Source: an uncultured delta proteobacterium (GTDB taxonomy: Bacteria; Desulfobacterota; Binatia; DP-6). From it: a stretch of 64,000 nucleotides of DNA. Location: the NCBI GenBank assembly GCA_963815115.1, contig CAWFFN010000005.1, positions 128,001 to 192,000 on the forward strand, in the 5' to 3' direction. The translations under genes and the position numbers were made by a program. This document shows positions 47,903 through 57,764 of the stretch, in pieces. A model generated the notes under the pieces. The model was not told the DNA's origin, did not search any database, and worked only from the letters and a program-made list of their open reading frames with translations. The first letter of the stretch is position 1; each line of letters opens with the position of its first letter.

Positions 47903-48177
47903 AGTCCGTCCCGAGACTTCGTCTCGGGACGGAGAGCGAGCGTGAGGCGTCATGAACAGTGCGGACGTCGTGCCGCGGGCGGCGAAGCCGCCGCGGCAGA
48001 CGTGCCGGAGCATGAACGGCGGCATGCTGGCAGGCGGGCTCAGGACGGATGGGCGGGAGCCGCGGTTGTGTCCACGTTTTGCCGCGCCGGCTTTGCCGGC
48101 CGCGGCACGGCGTTCGCCGGATCGCGGAACGCCCCACCCTCGCCTCCGCTCTCGACCCGAGACGGAGTCTCGGGTCG
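47903..48177. repeat. second inverted pair of the two-hairpin repeat (units ~47905-47997 '-' and 48081-48177 '+')
   Basis: CCCGAGAC-TTC-GTCTCGGG ... GCGGCGAAGCCGCCGCGGC, then GCCGGCTTTGCCGGCCGCGGCAC ... CCCGAGAC-GGA-GTCTCGGG; starts just after the SDR TAG. Confidence 0.75.
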
Positions 48178-48684
48178 TTCGGGGATGAGCTCGCGACACC
48201 GCGCGAGCCAGCGGAGGTGGGCTTCGGCGTGTCCCAGCGCCGCCTCGTGGGCCATGCGTCGTGTGACGGAGGAGCCCGCGCGCGCATCCTCCTCGTGAAT
48301 CAGGGCGAGATAGCGCCGGTACTCGGCCTCCTGACGGTCGAGCTGCGAACGGACGGCTTCCGGCCCGTGACGCTCCGCCGCGAGGAAACGGACGAATATC
48401 TCGTCGCGGATTGGCGGCGGCCAGCTCGGCCGGCGGTCCAGCCAGAGGCGAAGCGCGCGCTCCCCGCGCTCGGTCAAACGAAACCGGCGGCGGGATCGGG
48501 TGCCATGCAGCTCGTCGCGCCGGGCGATCAACCTGCGCCGCTCGAGGTCGTGCAGCAGCTGGTAGACCTGGCCGATGTTGGGATGCCAGAACGGGCCGAG
48601 ACGCTGTCCGAAACGCTTCAGCAGCTGATATCCATGCGCCTCGCCGTCGGCCAGCAGCGCGAGCAACGCGTAGCGTAGCGGCAT
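48040..48684 (-). CDS. PadR family transcriptional regulator
   Basis: LRYALLALL..GEAHGYQL...GQVYQLL..LE...RRRF.LTERG plus the C-terminal PIRDE domain; the last ~45 codons are encoded by a repeat copy. Confidence 0.9.
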   Translation of the reverse strand: MPLRYALLALLADGEAHGYQLLKRFGQRLGPFWHPNIGQVYQLLHDLERRRLIARRDELHGTRSRRRFRLTERGERALRLWLDRRPSWPPPIRDEIFVRFLAAERHGPEAVRSQLDRQEAEYRRYLALIHEEDARAGSSVTRRMAHEAALGHAEAHLRWLARCRELIPERPETPSRVESGGEGGAFRDPANAVPRPAKPARQNVDTTAAPAHPS

Positions 48685-48912
48685 GCCTCACCCTCCCTGC
48701 GCGGGCCTGCGAGGGCCGTGCCAGCGCGCGGATGCCCGATTGTCGGACCATTGGCCGCCGGGCCCGTATGCTCCCCTTCACGGGAACGCGGACTCCTTCG
48801 AGATGCGGTGAGTCCCGCGGCTCCCGGGGCTTCACGCAGCACGCGGTCTGTACCCTGGGTAAGGAAGTTTTCATTGACGGCGGCAGGAGTGGCTGTGCTA
48901 AGAGACGGCCCG

Positions 48913-49905
48913 ATGCGAGGGGGATCCCGGTCGCTCGCGATCGTCGCGGGTGTGTGGCTCGCGACAGCGACGGCGGCCAGCGCCCAGGAACTCATCACCG
49001 TCACCATCGGTGGCGGCGGCAGCTCGAAGACCGACTGCCTCCTGGTGCTGCAGGCCCCCGCCAACGACCCGCCCACCAAGCCGAAGAAGGTGACCTGCAC
49101 CGACGGCGACACGAGCTGCGACCACGACGGGATCGTGAACGGCGTGTGCGAGTTCCAGGTGGCGGCGTGCGCCAACAGCACGTTCGATCCCGACCGGTGC
49201 ACGCTCGCCGGCGTCCGCTCGGTCACCGTCGATCACGCGCAGGACAACGGCGATCCCAAGTTCGACACCGAGTTCCAGGCGCTGCAGTCGCGCATCACGG
49301 GGCGGTTCGATCTTCCCACCGAGACCACTCCCGACCTCTGCACCTCCCCGACCAACATCCACGTCGTGCTCCAGGGGCCGTTCCCGGGCGACGTGTGCAA
49401 GCGGTCGAGGAAGGAGATCAAGATCGTCACCCTGTCGACGTTCCAGCAGGGCAAGTCCTACAAGGATACGGACAAGCTCCAGCTCACCTGCAACCCGCCG
49501 CCCGGTGCGTGCGACCCGCAAGTCATCTTCCCCAACGGCACCTTCGAACGCATCCAGCGGCAGATCTTCAGCCAGAACTGCGCGCTGAGCGGCTGCCACG
49601 ACTCGCAGACCCACGCCGGCAACCAGATACTCGAGTCCGGAACCGCCTACGATGCCATCGTCGACGTCGTGCCGAACAACCAGGCGGCCGCCGGCCTCGG
49701 GTGGCTGCGGATCGACGGGACGAACCGCAGCGCCGACACCAGCTTCATGTACCACAAGCTGACGGGCGATCTCCCGGACAAGACCGCGTTCGGGGAGCGC
49801 ATGCCGCGCGGGCGCGGCAAGCTCGACCAGTTCCTGATCGACATCCTGAAGCTCTGGATCGAAGCGGGGGCGCCCCGGACGACCTGGGTCCCCGGAACCG
49901 ACTGA
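48913..49905 (+). CDS. secreted Cys-rich protein with a C-terminal c-type cytochrome-like domain (CX4CH)
   Basis: Signal peptide; CTDGDTSCDHDG..NGVC; IFSQNCALSGCH ... GERMP ... WIEAGAP. Confidence 0.65.
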   Translation: MRGGSRSLAIVAGVWLATATAASAQELITVTIGGGGSSKTDCLLVLQAPANDPPTKPKKVTCTDGDTSCDHDGIVNGVCEFQVAACANSTFDPDRCTLAGVRSVTVDHAQDNGDPKFDTEFQALQSRITGRFDLPTETTPDLCTSPTNIHVVLQGPFPGDVCKRSRKEIKIVTLSTFQQGKSYKDTDKLQLTCNPPPGACDPQVIFPNGTFERIQRQIFSQNCALSGCHDSQTHAGNQILESGTAYDAIVDVVPNNQAAAGLGWLRIDGTNRSADTSFMYHKLTGDLPDKTAFGERMPRGRGKLDQFLIDILKLWIEAGAPRTTWVPGTD

Positions 49906-49936
49906 GACGGCGGATCGCCGCGCCGGAGGACCACCC

Positions 49937-51415
49937 ATGCCAGTGAATCCTGGAGCGACCCTGAGCGACGCGGAAGCGCGCCACCTCCTGCGGCGCGCGG
50001 GGCTGGGCCCCCTCCCCAAGGACTTCGAGCACATCCAGGGATTGACCCGCGGCGCCGCCGCCGACCAGATGCTCGACTTCCGGGCCAAGCCCTTCAAGCC
50101 CGGCGGGAAGGACTTCGACAAGTTCCACAACAAGTGGGTGAAGTTCATCCTGAAGATCAAGACGCCGCTCCACGCCAAGCTTGCGCTCTTCTGGCACGAC
50201 CACTTCTCGGTCGGAAACACCAAGGTCCAGGACACCAAGCTGATGGCGCAGTACGTCCAGGTGCTCCACACCTATGCGAAGGGCAACCTGAAGGACTTCG
50301 TCAAGGTGATGGGGAAGACCGCGGCCATGATGGAGTTCCTCGATACGGTGCGAAACGACCGGCACGAGCCCAACGAGAACTACGCGCGCGAGCTGCAGGA
50401 GCTGTTCACGCTCGGCGTGAAGGACCTGAACACGCCGCCGCAGAGCAACTACACGCAGGACGACGTCGTCCAGATCGCGCGCGCCTTCACCGGCTGGGAC
50501 TACGACAAGGGCTTGCACGCATTTCTCGACGACGGCCAGCACGACACGACCGCCCGCTTCCCGGGTCGCGGCCCGAAGGTGATCTACCAGTCGACCGGGG
50601 GCTTCGGCGCCGGCGGCGTGGACTACACGCAACCCCAGGGCGAGGGAGCCGGCGAGATCGACCGCGTCATCGACATCATCTTCCAGCATCGCGACTCGGC
50701 CGGGAAGAACACGGTGGCACGCCGGACCGCCTACCGGCTGTGCGAGTACCTCGCGCATGCGAACCCCGCGCTCACCACCTTCGTCGACGAGGTGGTGGCC
50801 GACTCGAGCTTCGACACCGCCTTCGACATCGGCGCGCTCGTGCGCTCGATCCTGACCCATGACGACTTCTATCTCACCGCCGCGGGCGAGCCCTACGGCA
50901 GCACGACCCAGAAGTCGGTCAAGTGGCCGATCGACTACGTCGCGAGCACCCTTCGCCTGCTCCAGATGAAGCCGAAGGGAAAGGACTTCCAGATCCTGGG
51001 CGGCAGCTTCAGCCGCCTCATCGACCACCTGAGCAACATGGGACAGGTGCTCGGCGACCCGCCGAGCGTCTTCGGCTGGGACTGGGAGCAGGGCTGGGTG
51101 AGCAGCGCGACCCTCCTCGCGCGCTACAACTTCGCGCGCGACATCGGCTCCGCCCGCGGCGGCGGCGGCGCGTTCCGGCCCGAGAAGCTGATGGACCTCG
51201 GCCTCACCGATCCGGGCGACATCGTCGACGCCGTCGCTTCGGTGCTCGGCGTGCAGGATCATCTGAAGGCCGCCGACCGGACCGCGCTCGTCGACTACCT
51301 CACCGACGACGGAGCGCATCCGACGCTCGACCTGAACGACTTCGACACCCGGGACGAGAAGCTGAACGGCCTCTTCATGCTGGTGATGCAGTCGCCGGCC
51401 TACCAGCTCCACTAG
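49937..51415 (+). CDS. DUF1800 family protein
   Basis: ARHLLRRAG, LALFWHDHFSV, PNENYARELQELFTLG, ARAFTGW and SPAYQL. Confidence 0.9.
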   Translation: MPVNPGATLSDAEARHLLRRAGLGPLPKDFEHIQGLTRGAAADQMLDFRAKPFKPGGKDFDKFHNKWVKFILKIKTPLHAKLALFWHDHFSVGNTKVQDTKLMAQYVQVLHTYAKGNLKDFVKVMGKTAAMMEFLDTVRNDRHEPNENYARELQELFTLGVKDLNTPPQSNYTQDDVVQIARAFTGWDYDKGLHAFLDDGQHDTTARFPGRGPKVIYQSTGGFGAGGVDYTQPQGEGAGEIDRVIDIIFQHRDSAGKNTVARRTAYRLCEYLAHANPALTTFVDEVVADSSFDTAFDIGALVRSILTHDDFYLTAAGEPYGSTTQKSVKWPIDYVASTLRLLQMKPKGKDFQILGGSFSRLIDHLSNMGQVLGDPPSVFGWDWEQGWVSSATLLARYNFARDIGSARGGGGAFRPEKLMDLGLTDPGDIVDAVASVLGVQDHLKAADRTALVDYLTDDGAHPTLDLNDFDTRDEKLNGLFMLVMQSPAYQLH

Positions 51416-51434
51416 AGCGCCGGGGGACACGCGC

Positions 51435-52886
51435 ATGGCAATCACGCGACGGCAGTTCATCAAGCGGACCGGGCTCGCGACGGCGGGAACGCTCCTCGGG
51501 CCCGGACTCTTCTCGAACCCGTTCGTTCGCCAGGCCATGGCGGACACGATCGGCCACCGCTACCTCGTCGTCGTCTTTCTCGACGGCGGGAACGACGGGC
51601 TGAACACCGTGACGCCTTACCAGAGCGGCGCGCTCCGGGTCGCCTACGACGCGAATCGCCGCACCGACGGCGGTGGCATCAACCTGACCCAGGGACAGCT
51701 CGACGGCAGCGCCATCGGCACCGGCGGCACGCTCATCGGCAACGACCCGGGAAGCGGCTTGCGGCTCGCCTTGCACCCCGGATTCGCCTCCCTGAAGCAG
51801 CTCTACGATCTCGGGAAGGTCGCCGTCGTCCAGGGCTGCGGCTATCCCGAGTACAACCTGTCGCACGATCAGGCGCGCACCATCTGGGAGACCGCCAATC
51901 CACTCAACCTCTCCGCCTACAGCGGCACGGGCTGGGTGGGCCGGCACCTGGCGGGCGAGTACGGCGGCAGCGCCATTCCCGGGGTGTGCATCTCGGACCA
52001 GGTCGCCCCCGAGTTCCGGCAGACGGCCACCAGCGTGCTGGCGGTGAACCGCCTGCGCGACTTCGGCTTCCCGTACGACGGCGACCACGGCGACGATCAG
52101 GACGCCAAGCGCGACACCTTCCAGAGCCTGTACGACAACGCGGTGGCCGACGCGCAGCCGCTGCGCAGCTACCTCGGCAGCAGCGGCACCGCGACGCTGC
52201 TCAGCAGCGAGAGCTATCCGCAGGCGCACGACCTCTACGAGACCGACCGGGGGGCGGCGAGCCAGACGTACGACGACGTCGGCAGGAGCACGGCGACGGA
52301 CCTGCGCGAGATCGCGAAGGTCATCTACGCCGTCGAGCAGGGCGTACCGAACATCGCCGCGCACTTCTTCCGGCTGAGCAACGGCGGCTACGACACGCAC
52401 TCCGATCAGGGCGGCTACGACCCGGAGAACGGCCAGCAGCACGGGCTCCACGCCGAGCTCGGCGACTCGCTCAAGGCGTTCTACGACGACCTCGCGACCA
52501 TGAGCCATCCGCTCGACCCGAGCCCGGTCGTGAACCGCGTCTGCGTCGTGGTGTGGAGCGAGTTCTCCCGCCGCATCCCGCAGAACGACAACGGCACCGA
52601 TCATGGGTCGCAGGGGCCCATGTTCGTGGTCGGCGGCTCCGTGGTCGGCGGCGTGTACGGCCGCCATCCCGACATCGCCAACCTCGACGACAACGAGAAC
52701 ACCGTCTACTCGCAGTCGGCGGGTCCGAGCCGCTCCACCGATTTCCGCGACGTCTTCGGCACCATCTTGAAGCACCACGTCAACATGACCCAGGCCAACA
52801 TCCTGGCCAACGTGCTGCCGATCGACGCCGGCAATCCGGCGAAGTACTGGACGGTGCCGAACTTCGACCTGGGCTTCCTGCCGTAG
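51435..52886 (+). CDS. DUF1501 family protein with Tat signal
   Basis: ITRRQFIK, VFLDGGNDGLN, NLSH, GGYDTH, SEFSR and GTDHG. Confidence 0.9.
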   Translation: MAITRRQFIKRTGLATAGTLLGPGLFSNPFVRQAMADTIGHRYLVVVFLDGGNDGLNTVTPYQSGALRVAYDANRRTDGGGINLTQGQLDGSAIGTGGTLIGNDPGSGLRLALHPGFASLKQLYDLGKVAVVQGCGYPEYNLSHDQARTIWETANPLNLSAYSGTGWVGRHLAGEYGGSAIPGVCISDQVAPEFRQTATSVLAVNRLRDFGFPYDGDHGDDQDAKRDTFQSLYDNAVADAQPLRSYLGSSGTATLLSSESYPQAHDLYETDRGAASQTYDDVGRSTATDLREIAKVIYAVEQGVPNIAAHFFRLSNGGYDTHSDQGGYDPENGQQHGLHAELGDSLKAFYDDLATMSHPLDPSPVVNRVCVVVWSEFSRRIPQNDNGTDHGSQGPMFVVGGSVVGGVYGRHPDIANLDDNENTVYSQSAGPSRSTDFRDVFGTILKHHVNMTQANILANVLPIDAGNPAKYWTVPNFDLGFLP

Positions 52887-52914
52887 GCGGGCGGTGCGCG
52901 GCGGCGGCCGCTGC

Positions 52915-54591
52915 ATGACGCTCGACGAGTACTACTTCGGCGACCCCCGGCTGGTCCTCGTTCCCATCGAGCATCTCGGCACGACGGGGATGAGCCGCGA
53001 GTTCGCGGCGCTCGTGGCCGCGCGCGCCGGCTGGTCGCCGGCGACCGTCGCCCTCTTCGACGCCGGCTTCGCGCGCTACTGGGAGCGCAGCGCCTCGCTG
53101 GCTCGTCGCACCGCCACCTGGCCGCCGCCGCGTCGCCGGCACGTCGCCGTCGTCGTCGGCCAGCCATACGACGTGCGCCCCTGGGTCCAGCTGCTCAACA
53201 CGAGCGCATGGCTGGTCTACGCGAGCGACATCGACCCGGGCTCCTCGGACGCCGAGTTCTTCGCCTTCCTCCTGGCCCACGGCGACTGGATGGCGCAGAC
53301 CGGCGAGGTCGCGTTCGCGGCGGTGCGCGGCGCGGCGTGGTGGCTCGAGCGCAGCGACGCCGAGTGCGCCGCCTTCGCCGCCGCGGCGGCGCAGAGCACG
53401 CGTCCCGATGCCGCGGCCTGGCGCGCGCTGGCCGACGCGCTGCCCTGGCTGCGCCGGCTCGGTCACGAGACGCTCCGGCCTCCGCAGATCGTGAGCCCCC
53501 GCCGAGCCATCCCCGGGACCGGCCTCCTGGTGCCCGGCGCGCTCGAGGCCGAGCCGCCGCGGCTCGCGGAGCGCTGGACGGCCGTCGCGCGCGACACGCT
53601 CGCCGGCTACCGGGCCGCCTGGCGAGGGAGCCAGCCGGCGGCGGTGCGTGATCTCTCGGGCTGGATCGCCGAGAGCGCGCCCCGGCTCCTGGTGACGGGT
53701 GCGGGCGGGGAGATCCTGTGGCATCCCGACGCGCCCGCGCACCTCGACGCGCTGCGCGCGGCGCTGGAGCCGGCCGACGGCGTCGCCGTCCGTGCGGTGC
53801 ACGCCGACCTCGAGGTCGTGGCGGGCCGCACCGAGGCCTTTCTCGGCGCGGTCGTGGACCTGGCCGCGCTGCCGGCGCCGCAGCCGAACACGTTCCAGAG
53901 CGGCTACACCTATCTCCACGCCACCCGGCGGCTGGTGGCGTACAATCTCCACGAACCCGGGATGGATCGGCTGCACGGTCCGCCCCTGCCGTACGCGCGC
54001 GAGATGGTGGCGGCACGCACGGCGCACGAGTGGGCCCACCTCGCCGACGCGGCCGGCTGGGTTCCGCGAACCGTGGCGGGTGACGAGTACGCCGGCCTCC
54101 GTTCGGCGCTCGCCGGCGCGCTCGACGCGGCGATCGCCGCCGCACCGGCGGCCATCCGGCGCGTCACGGAAGACGACCTGGCGGCGCTCGCCGTCGAGGG
54201 CTGCGCCGGCACCGGGCTCGCCCGCCTCACCCTGACCCGCATGCCGGACTACCGCGCCAACCTGGTCGCGCGCGACTTCCTCGGCGATGCCGAGCGCGAG
54301 ACCTACGTGCGTCACAACGTCCGCTCGCTGCGCGCCGAGTACCCGCCACCGTTGCTGTGGCGCATGCTCGTCCGCCATCTCTTCGAGTACCAGTACCTCG
54401 GCAGCGCGCTCGGCATGACCGGCGTGGCGGATGCGCGCGCGTACTTCCTGCACAGCACGTTCTTCGCCGACGACTTCCTGGCCACCGGCGTCCTCGACGG
54501 GGATCGCTTCGACGTGCTGGCGGCGGCGGTCGCCCGCCTGTGTGCGTGTCACGCGGTCGATCGCGCGCGACTTCGCCTGCCGGCGTCCTGA
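52915..54591 (+). CDS. hypothetical protein with an HExxH (HEWAH) motif
   Basis: 558-aa ORF with typical GC3-rich codon usage; RTAHEWAHL; no family recognised. Confidence 0.7.
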   Translation: MTLDEYYFGDPRLVLVPIEHLGTTGMSREFAALVAARAGWSPATVALFDAGFARYWERSASLARRTATWPPPRRRHVAVVVGQPYDVRPWVQLLNTSAWLVYASDIDPGSSDAEFFAFLLAHGDWMAQTGEVAFAAVRGAAWWLERSDAECAAFAAAAAQSTRPDAAAWRALADALPWLRRLGHETLRPPQIVSPRRAIPGTGLLVPGALEAEPPRLAERWTAVARDTLAGYRAAWRGSQPAAVRDLSGWIAESAPRLLVTGAGGEILWHPDAPAHLDALRAALEPADGVAVRAVHADLEVVAGRTEAFLGAVVDLAALPAPQPNTFQSGYTYLHATRRLVAYNLHEPGMDRLHGPPLPYAREMVAARTAHEWAHLADAAGWVPRTVAGDEYAGLRSALAGALDAAIAAAPAAIRRVTEDDLAALAVEGCAGTGLARLTLTRMPDYRANLVARDFLGDAERETYVRHNVRSLRAEYPPPLLWRMLVRHLFEYQYLGSALGMTGVADARAYFLHSTFFADDFLATGVLDGDRFDVLAAAVARLCACHAVDRARLRLPAS

Positions 54592-54645
54592 TCGCGTGCC
54601 GGCGCCCCCCATGACAGCCGTGCGGCGGACGGCTAGGATGCTCGC

Positions 54646-56211
54646 GTGCGCCTGGCCGCCATCGACCTCGGCACCAACTCGGTGCACATGGTCGTCGCCA
54701 ACGTCACCCCGGACGGTCGCATCGAGGTCATCGACCGGGTGAAGGAGATGGTGCGGCTCGGCAAGCGGACCTTCACCACGGGGAAGCTGTCGCCCGAGAC
54801 CATGGAGCTGGCGTCACGCGCGCTCACGAACTTCGGGAGGCTCGCACGCGTCCGGCGCGTCGAGCGGCTGCGCGTCGTGGCCACCAGCGCCGTGCGCGAG
54901 GCGCGCAACGGCGAGCGCTTCGTCCAGCGCCTGCGCCGGGAGACCGGGCTCCCCGTCCAGATCATCTCGGGTGCCGACGAGGCCCGGCTCATCTTCCGCG
55001 CCGCGCGCCACGCCCTCGGCCTCGAGGGGGGTCCGCACCTCCTGGTCGACGTCGGCGGCGGCAGCGTCGAGCTGTCGCTGGCGCAGGACGGCCGCCCGCT
55101 CTGGATGCGCAGCCTGCCGCTCGGGGTGGCCCGGCTGACGCAGCAGTTCCTCCTGAAGGACCCGCCCTCGACCGGACAGGTCCGCGCCCTCGAGAATCAC
55201 CTCCATCACGAGCTCGACGACCTGCTGACGCGCGTGCGCCGCGCCGGGGCGGTGCAGGCGATCGGCACGTCGGGCACCATCCACACGCTGGTCGCGATGG
55301 CGCTCGCCGCGCGCGGCGAGGACGCGCCGCGGCTGCACGGCGCGAGCGCCACGAGCGAGCAGATCGCGCGGCTCCGCCAGCGCGTGCTGGCGCTCGACGC
55401 CGAGGAGCGGGCGGAGATGCCCGGGATGGACGCGAAGCGCGCCGACCTGATGCCCGCGGCGGTCGTCCTCCTCGACACCATCCTCTCGCGCGCCGGCGGG
55501 CTCGACCTGGTGGCCTGCTCCTGGGCGTTGCGCGAGGGGGTGCTCCTCGACCTGGCGCGCGTGCCGAGCGCGCAGGGGCCCGCCTCGATCGCCGGCCGGC
55601 GGCGGAGCGTGCAGGCGCTCGCCACGCGCTATGCCGGCACGAATGCTCACGGCAGGCAGGTGGCGTCGCTCGCGCTCCAGCTCTTCGATGCGCTCGCGCC
55701 GGACCTGGGTCTGCCACCGAGCGCGCGCGAGCTCCTCGAGCATGCCGCGCTCCTGCACGATATCGGGCACGCGATCGAGCACGACCGCCATCAGCGCCAC
55801 ACCTACTACCTCATCCGCGGCAGCGAGCTGCTCGGCTTCTCACCCGTGGAGCTCGAGGTGATCGCGCAGGCGGCGCGTGGCCATCGCAAGCAGGCGCCCC
55901 GGATCTCCGCCGTCGACGTCCAGGCCCTGCCGCCGGCCAGACGGCGGCTGGTGCGCGGGCTGGCCGCCCTGCTCCGGGTGGCCGACGCTCTCGACCGGAC
56001 ACACTTCGGTGTGATTAAGGAGTTGCGGATTTCCCGGCAACGAGGCCGTCTGATGATCACGGTCGACAGCGGGGGAGAGAGCGCGGAGCTAGAGCTGTGG
56101 GCAGCGGAACGTCGGGTCGACCTGCTTTCGCGACTCCTGGATCGGCAGGTCGTGGTGCGGGCGCGCAAGGCGGCGCGCCGGCTGCCGGAGCGCGCGCGCG
56201 CGGCGCGCTGA
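54646..56211 (+). CDS. ppx: exopolyphosphatase / Ppx-GppA with HD domain
   Basis: AAIDLGTNS, ATSAVREA, DVGGGSVE, LREG and LLHDIG. Confidence 0.93.
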   Translation: MRLAAIDLGTNSVHMVVANVTPDGRIEVIDRVKEMVRLGKRTFTTGKLSPETMELASRALTNFGRLARVRRVERLRVVATSAVREARNGERFVQRLRRETGLPVQIISGADEARLIFRAARHALGLEGGPHLLVDVGGGSVELSLAQDGRPLWMRSLPLGVARLTQQFLLKDPPSTGQVRALENHLHHELDDLLTRVRRAGAVQAIGTSGTIHTLVAMALAARGEDAPRLHGASATSEQIARLRQRVLALDAEERAEMPGMDAKRADLMPAAVVLLDTILSRAGGLDLVACSWALREGVLLDLARVPSAQGPASIAGRRRSVQALATRYAGTNAHGRQVASLALQLFDALAPDLGLPPSARELLEHAALLHDIGHAIEHDRHQRHTYYLIRGSELLGFSPVELEVIAQAARGHRKQAPRISAVDVQALPPARRRLVRGLAALLRVADALDRTHFGVIKELRISRQRGRLMITVDSGGESAELELWAAERRVDLLSRLLDRQVVVRARKAARRLPERARAAR

Positions 56212-56242
56212 CGTTTGCCCCGCCGGCGCGGTCTCGAGCCTG

Positions 56243-57214
56243 ATGGCGGACGGCGCGCGAGCCGAGCCACGCCGCCTGGCGCTGGCTCCGGGCGATGACA
56301 CCCGTCTCGCGGCTCGTCGTGTGCTCGCGTTTCACCTCGGCACCTTCGAGAGCGAGCGGCCCGCGGCTCGAGCCGGCGACGTCGAGGCGGTGCACCAGCT
56401 GCGGGTCGCGACGCGCCGGTTGCGTGCCACCTTGCAGCTCTTCGCGCCGGTGCTGCCGGCCGCGGCGGTCGGCTCGGCCGCCGAACGCCTGCGCCTGATC
56501 GGACGGGCGATCGGCGCCGTGCGCGACCTCGACGTGCTGGCGATGGCGATCAGCACGCGGGGCCGCCACCTCCCCGACGAGTCGCGCGCCGCGCTCGGTC
56601 CGCTCGAGCACGCCATCGTCGAGCGGCGCGCCGTGGCCCTCGCCGAGCTCGGCCGCGTTCTCGACGCGGCGCAATCGCGGCGCCTCCTGGTCCGCTTGAA
56701 CCGCCTCGCCGCCTCGCCGCCCGGCGCGCGCACGGCGGTGCGGCTCGGCGACGCGGCCGGCAATCTCCTCCGTCCCTTGCTGCGCGCGGTGCAGCGCGCG
56801 GGACGCGACCTCGACGAGGCGACGCCCGCCGTGGCGCTCCACCGCGTCCGGGTGCGCGTGAAGCGCCTGCGCTACGCCTGCGAGACGCTCGAGAGCCTGG
56901 TCGGGGACGAGCTCCGCGTCGTCATCCGCCGCCTGGTCCGGCTGCAGGACGCGCTCGGAGAGCACCAGGACGCCGTCATGCAGGCGAGCTGGCTGCGCGC
57001 CTACGCCGGCCCCGCCCAGCTCCCGCCGGCCACCCTGCTCGCGATGGGGGCGATCGTGGACGCGCTCGAGCGCCGCGCCGGCAAGCTGCGCCGACGCGCC
57101 GCGCGCGCGTGGCAGCGCTTCGACAAGCGCCGCGTGCGCCGCGTCCTGGCGGAGGCGCTGCGACGGTTCGGGCCGCCGCCGACGCGCGGCACCCGCGGGA
57201 GGGCACGAGCATGA
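56243..57214 (+). CDS. CHAD domain (polyphosphate-binding) protein
   Basis: VHQLRVATRRLR, VRDLDV, LHRVRVRVKRLRY and LQDALGEHQD. Confidence 0.92.
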   Translation: MADGARAEPRRLALAPGDDTRLAARRVLAFHLGTFESERPAARAGDVEAVHQLRVATRRLRATLQLFAPVLPAAAVGSAAERLRLIGRAIGAVRDLDVLAMAISTRGRHLPDESRAALGPLEHAIVERRAVALAELGRVLDAAQSRRLLVRLNRLAASPPGARTAVRLGDAAGNLLRPLLRAVQRAGRDLDEATPAVALHRVRVRVKRLRYACETLESLVGDELRVVIRRLVRLQDALGEHQDAVMQASWLRAYAGPAQLPPATLLAMGAIVDALERRAGKLRRRAARAWQRFDKRRVRRVLAEALRRFGPPPTRGTRGRARA

Positions 57215-57708
57215 TCCTCTACGTCGTGCGGCACGCCATCGCCGAGGATGCCCCGGCGGGCGGTGACGACGGCGCGCGCCGCCTCACGGCCGCCGGGCGC
57301 CGGAAGATGAAGGGCGCCGCGGCGGGACTCCGCGAGCTCGGCGTCGCGCCGTCGGTCGTGGCGTCGAGCCCGCTCGTGCGCGCGCTCGAGACGGCGCGCA
57401 TCGTGGTCGCGGCGCTTCATCGCGCGCCCGCGCCCCACGAGCTGCCCGCGCTCGCACCCGATGTCGCACCCGCCGACACGCTGAAGGCGTTGCGCGTCTT
57501 CGCCCGCAACCAGCACGTGATGATCGTGGGCCACGAGCCGAACCTGAGCCGCACGATCGCGCTCCTGCTGACCGGCGCCGTCGACGGGGCCGCGATCGAG
57601 CTCAAGAAGGGGGCGTGCGCGGCGCTGGAGCTGACGGCGTTCGCGCCGCGGGGCGCGACCCTGCGCTGGCTCCTGCAGCCGCGGGCGCTGCGGCGGATCG
57701 GTCGCTGA
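57211..57708 (+). CDS. sixA: phosphohistidine phosphatase SixA
   Basis: LYVVRHAIAED, SSPLVRALET and VGHEP. Confidence 0.88.
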   Translation: MILYVVRHAIAEDAPAGGDDGARRLTAAGRRKMKGAAAGLRELGVAPSVVASSPLVRALETARIVVAALHRAPAPHELPALAPDVAPADTLKALRVFARNQHVMIVGHEPNLSRTIALLLTGAVDGAAIELKKGACAALELTAFAPRGATLRWLLQPRALRRIGR

Positions 57709-57764
57709 CGGTCGCGCACGTCGTCGGCGTGTCGCGGCGGCGTTGCCCTCGGTCACACGCCTTC

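Noticed and set aside
32885-48177. Two-hairpin repeats as a CRISPR array or integron attC sites
   Set aside because: Copies are dispersed and inverted, with no regular spacers, cas genes, GTTRRRY cores or integron integrase.
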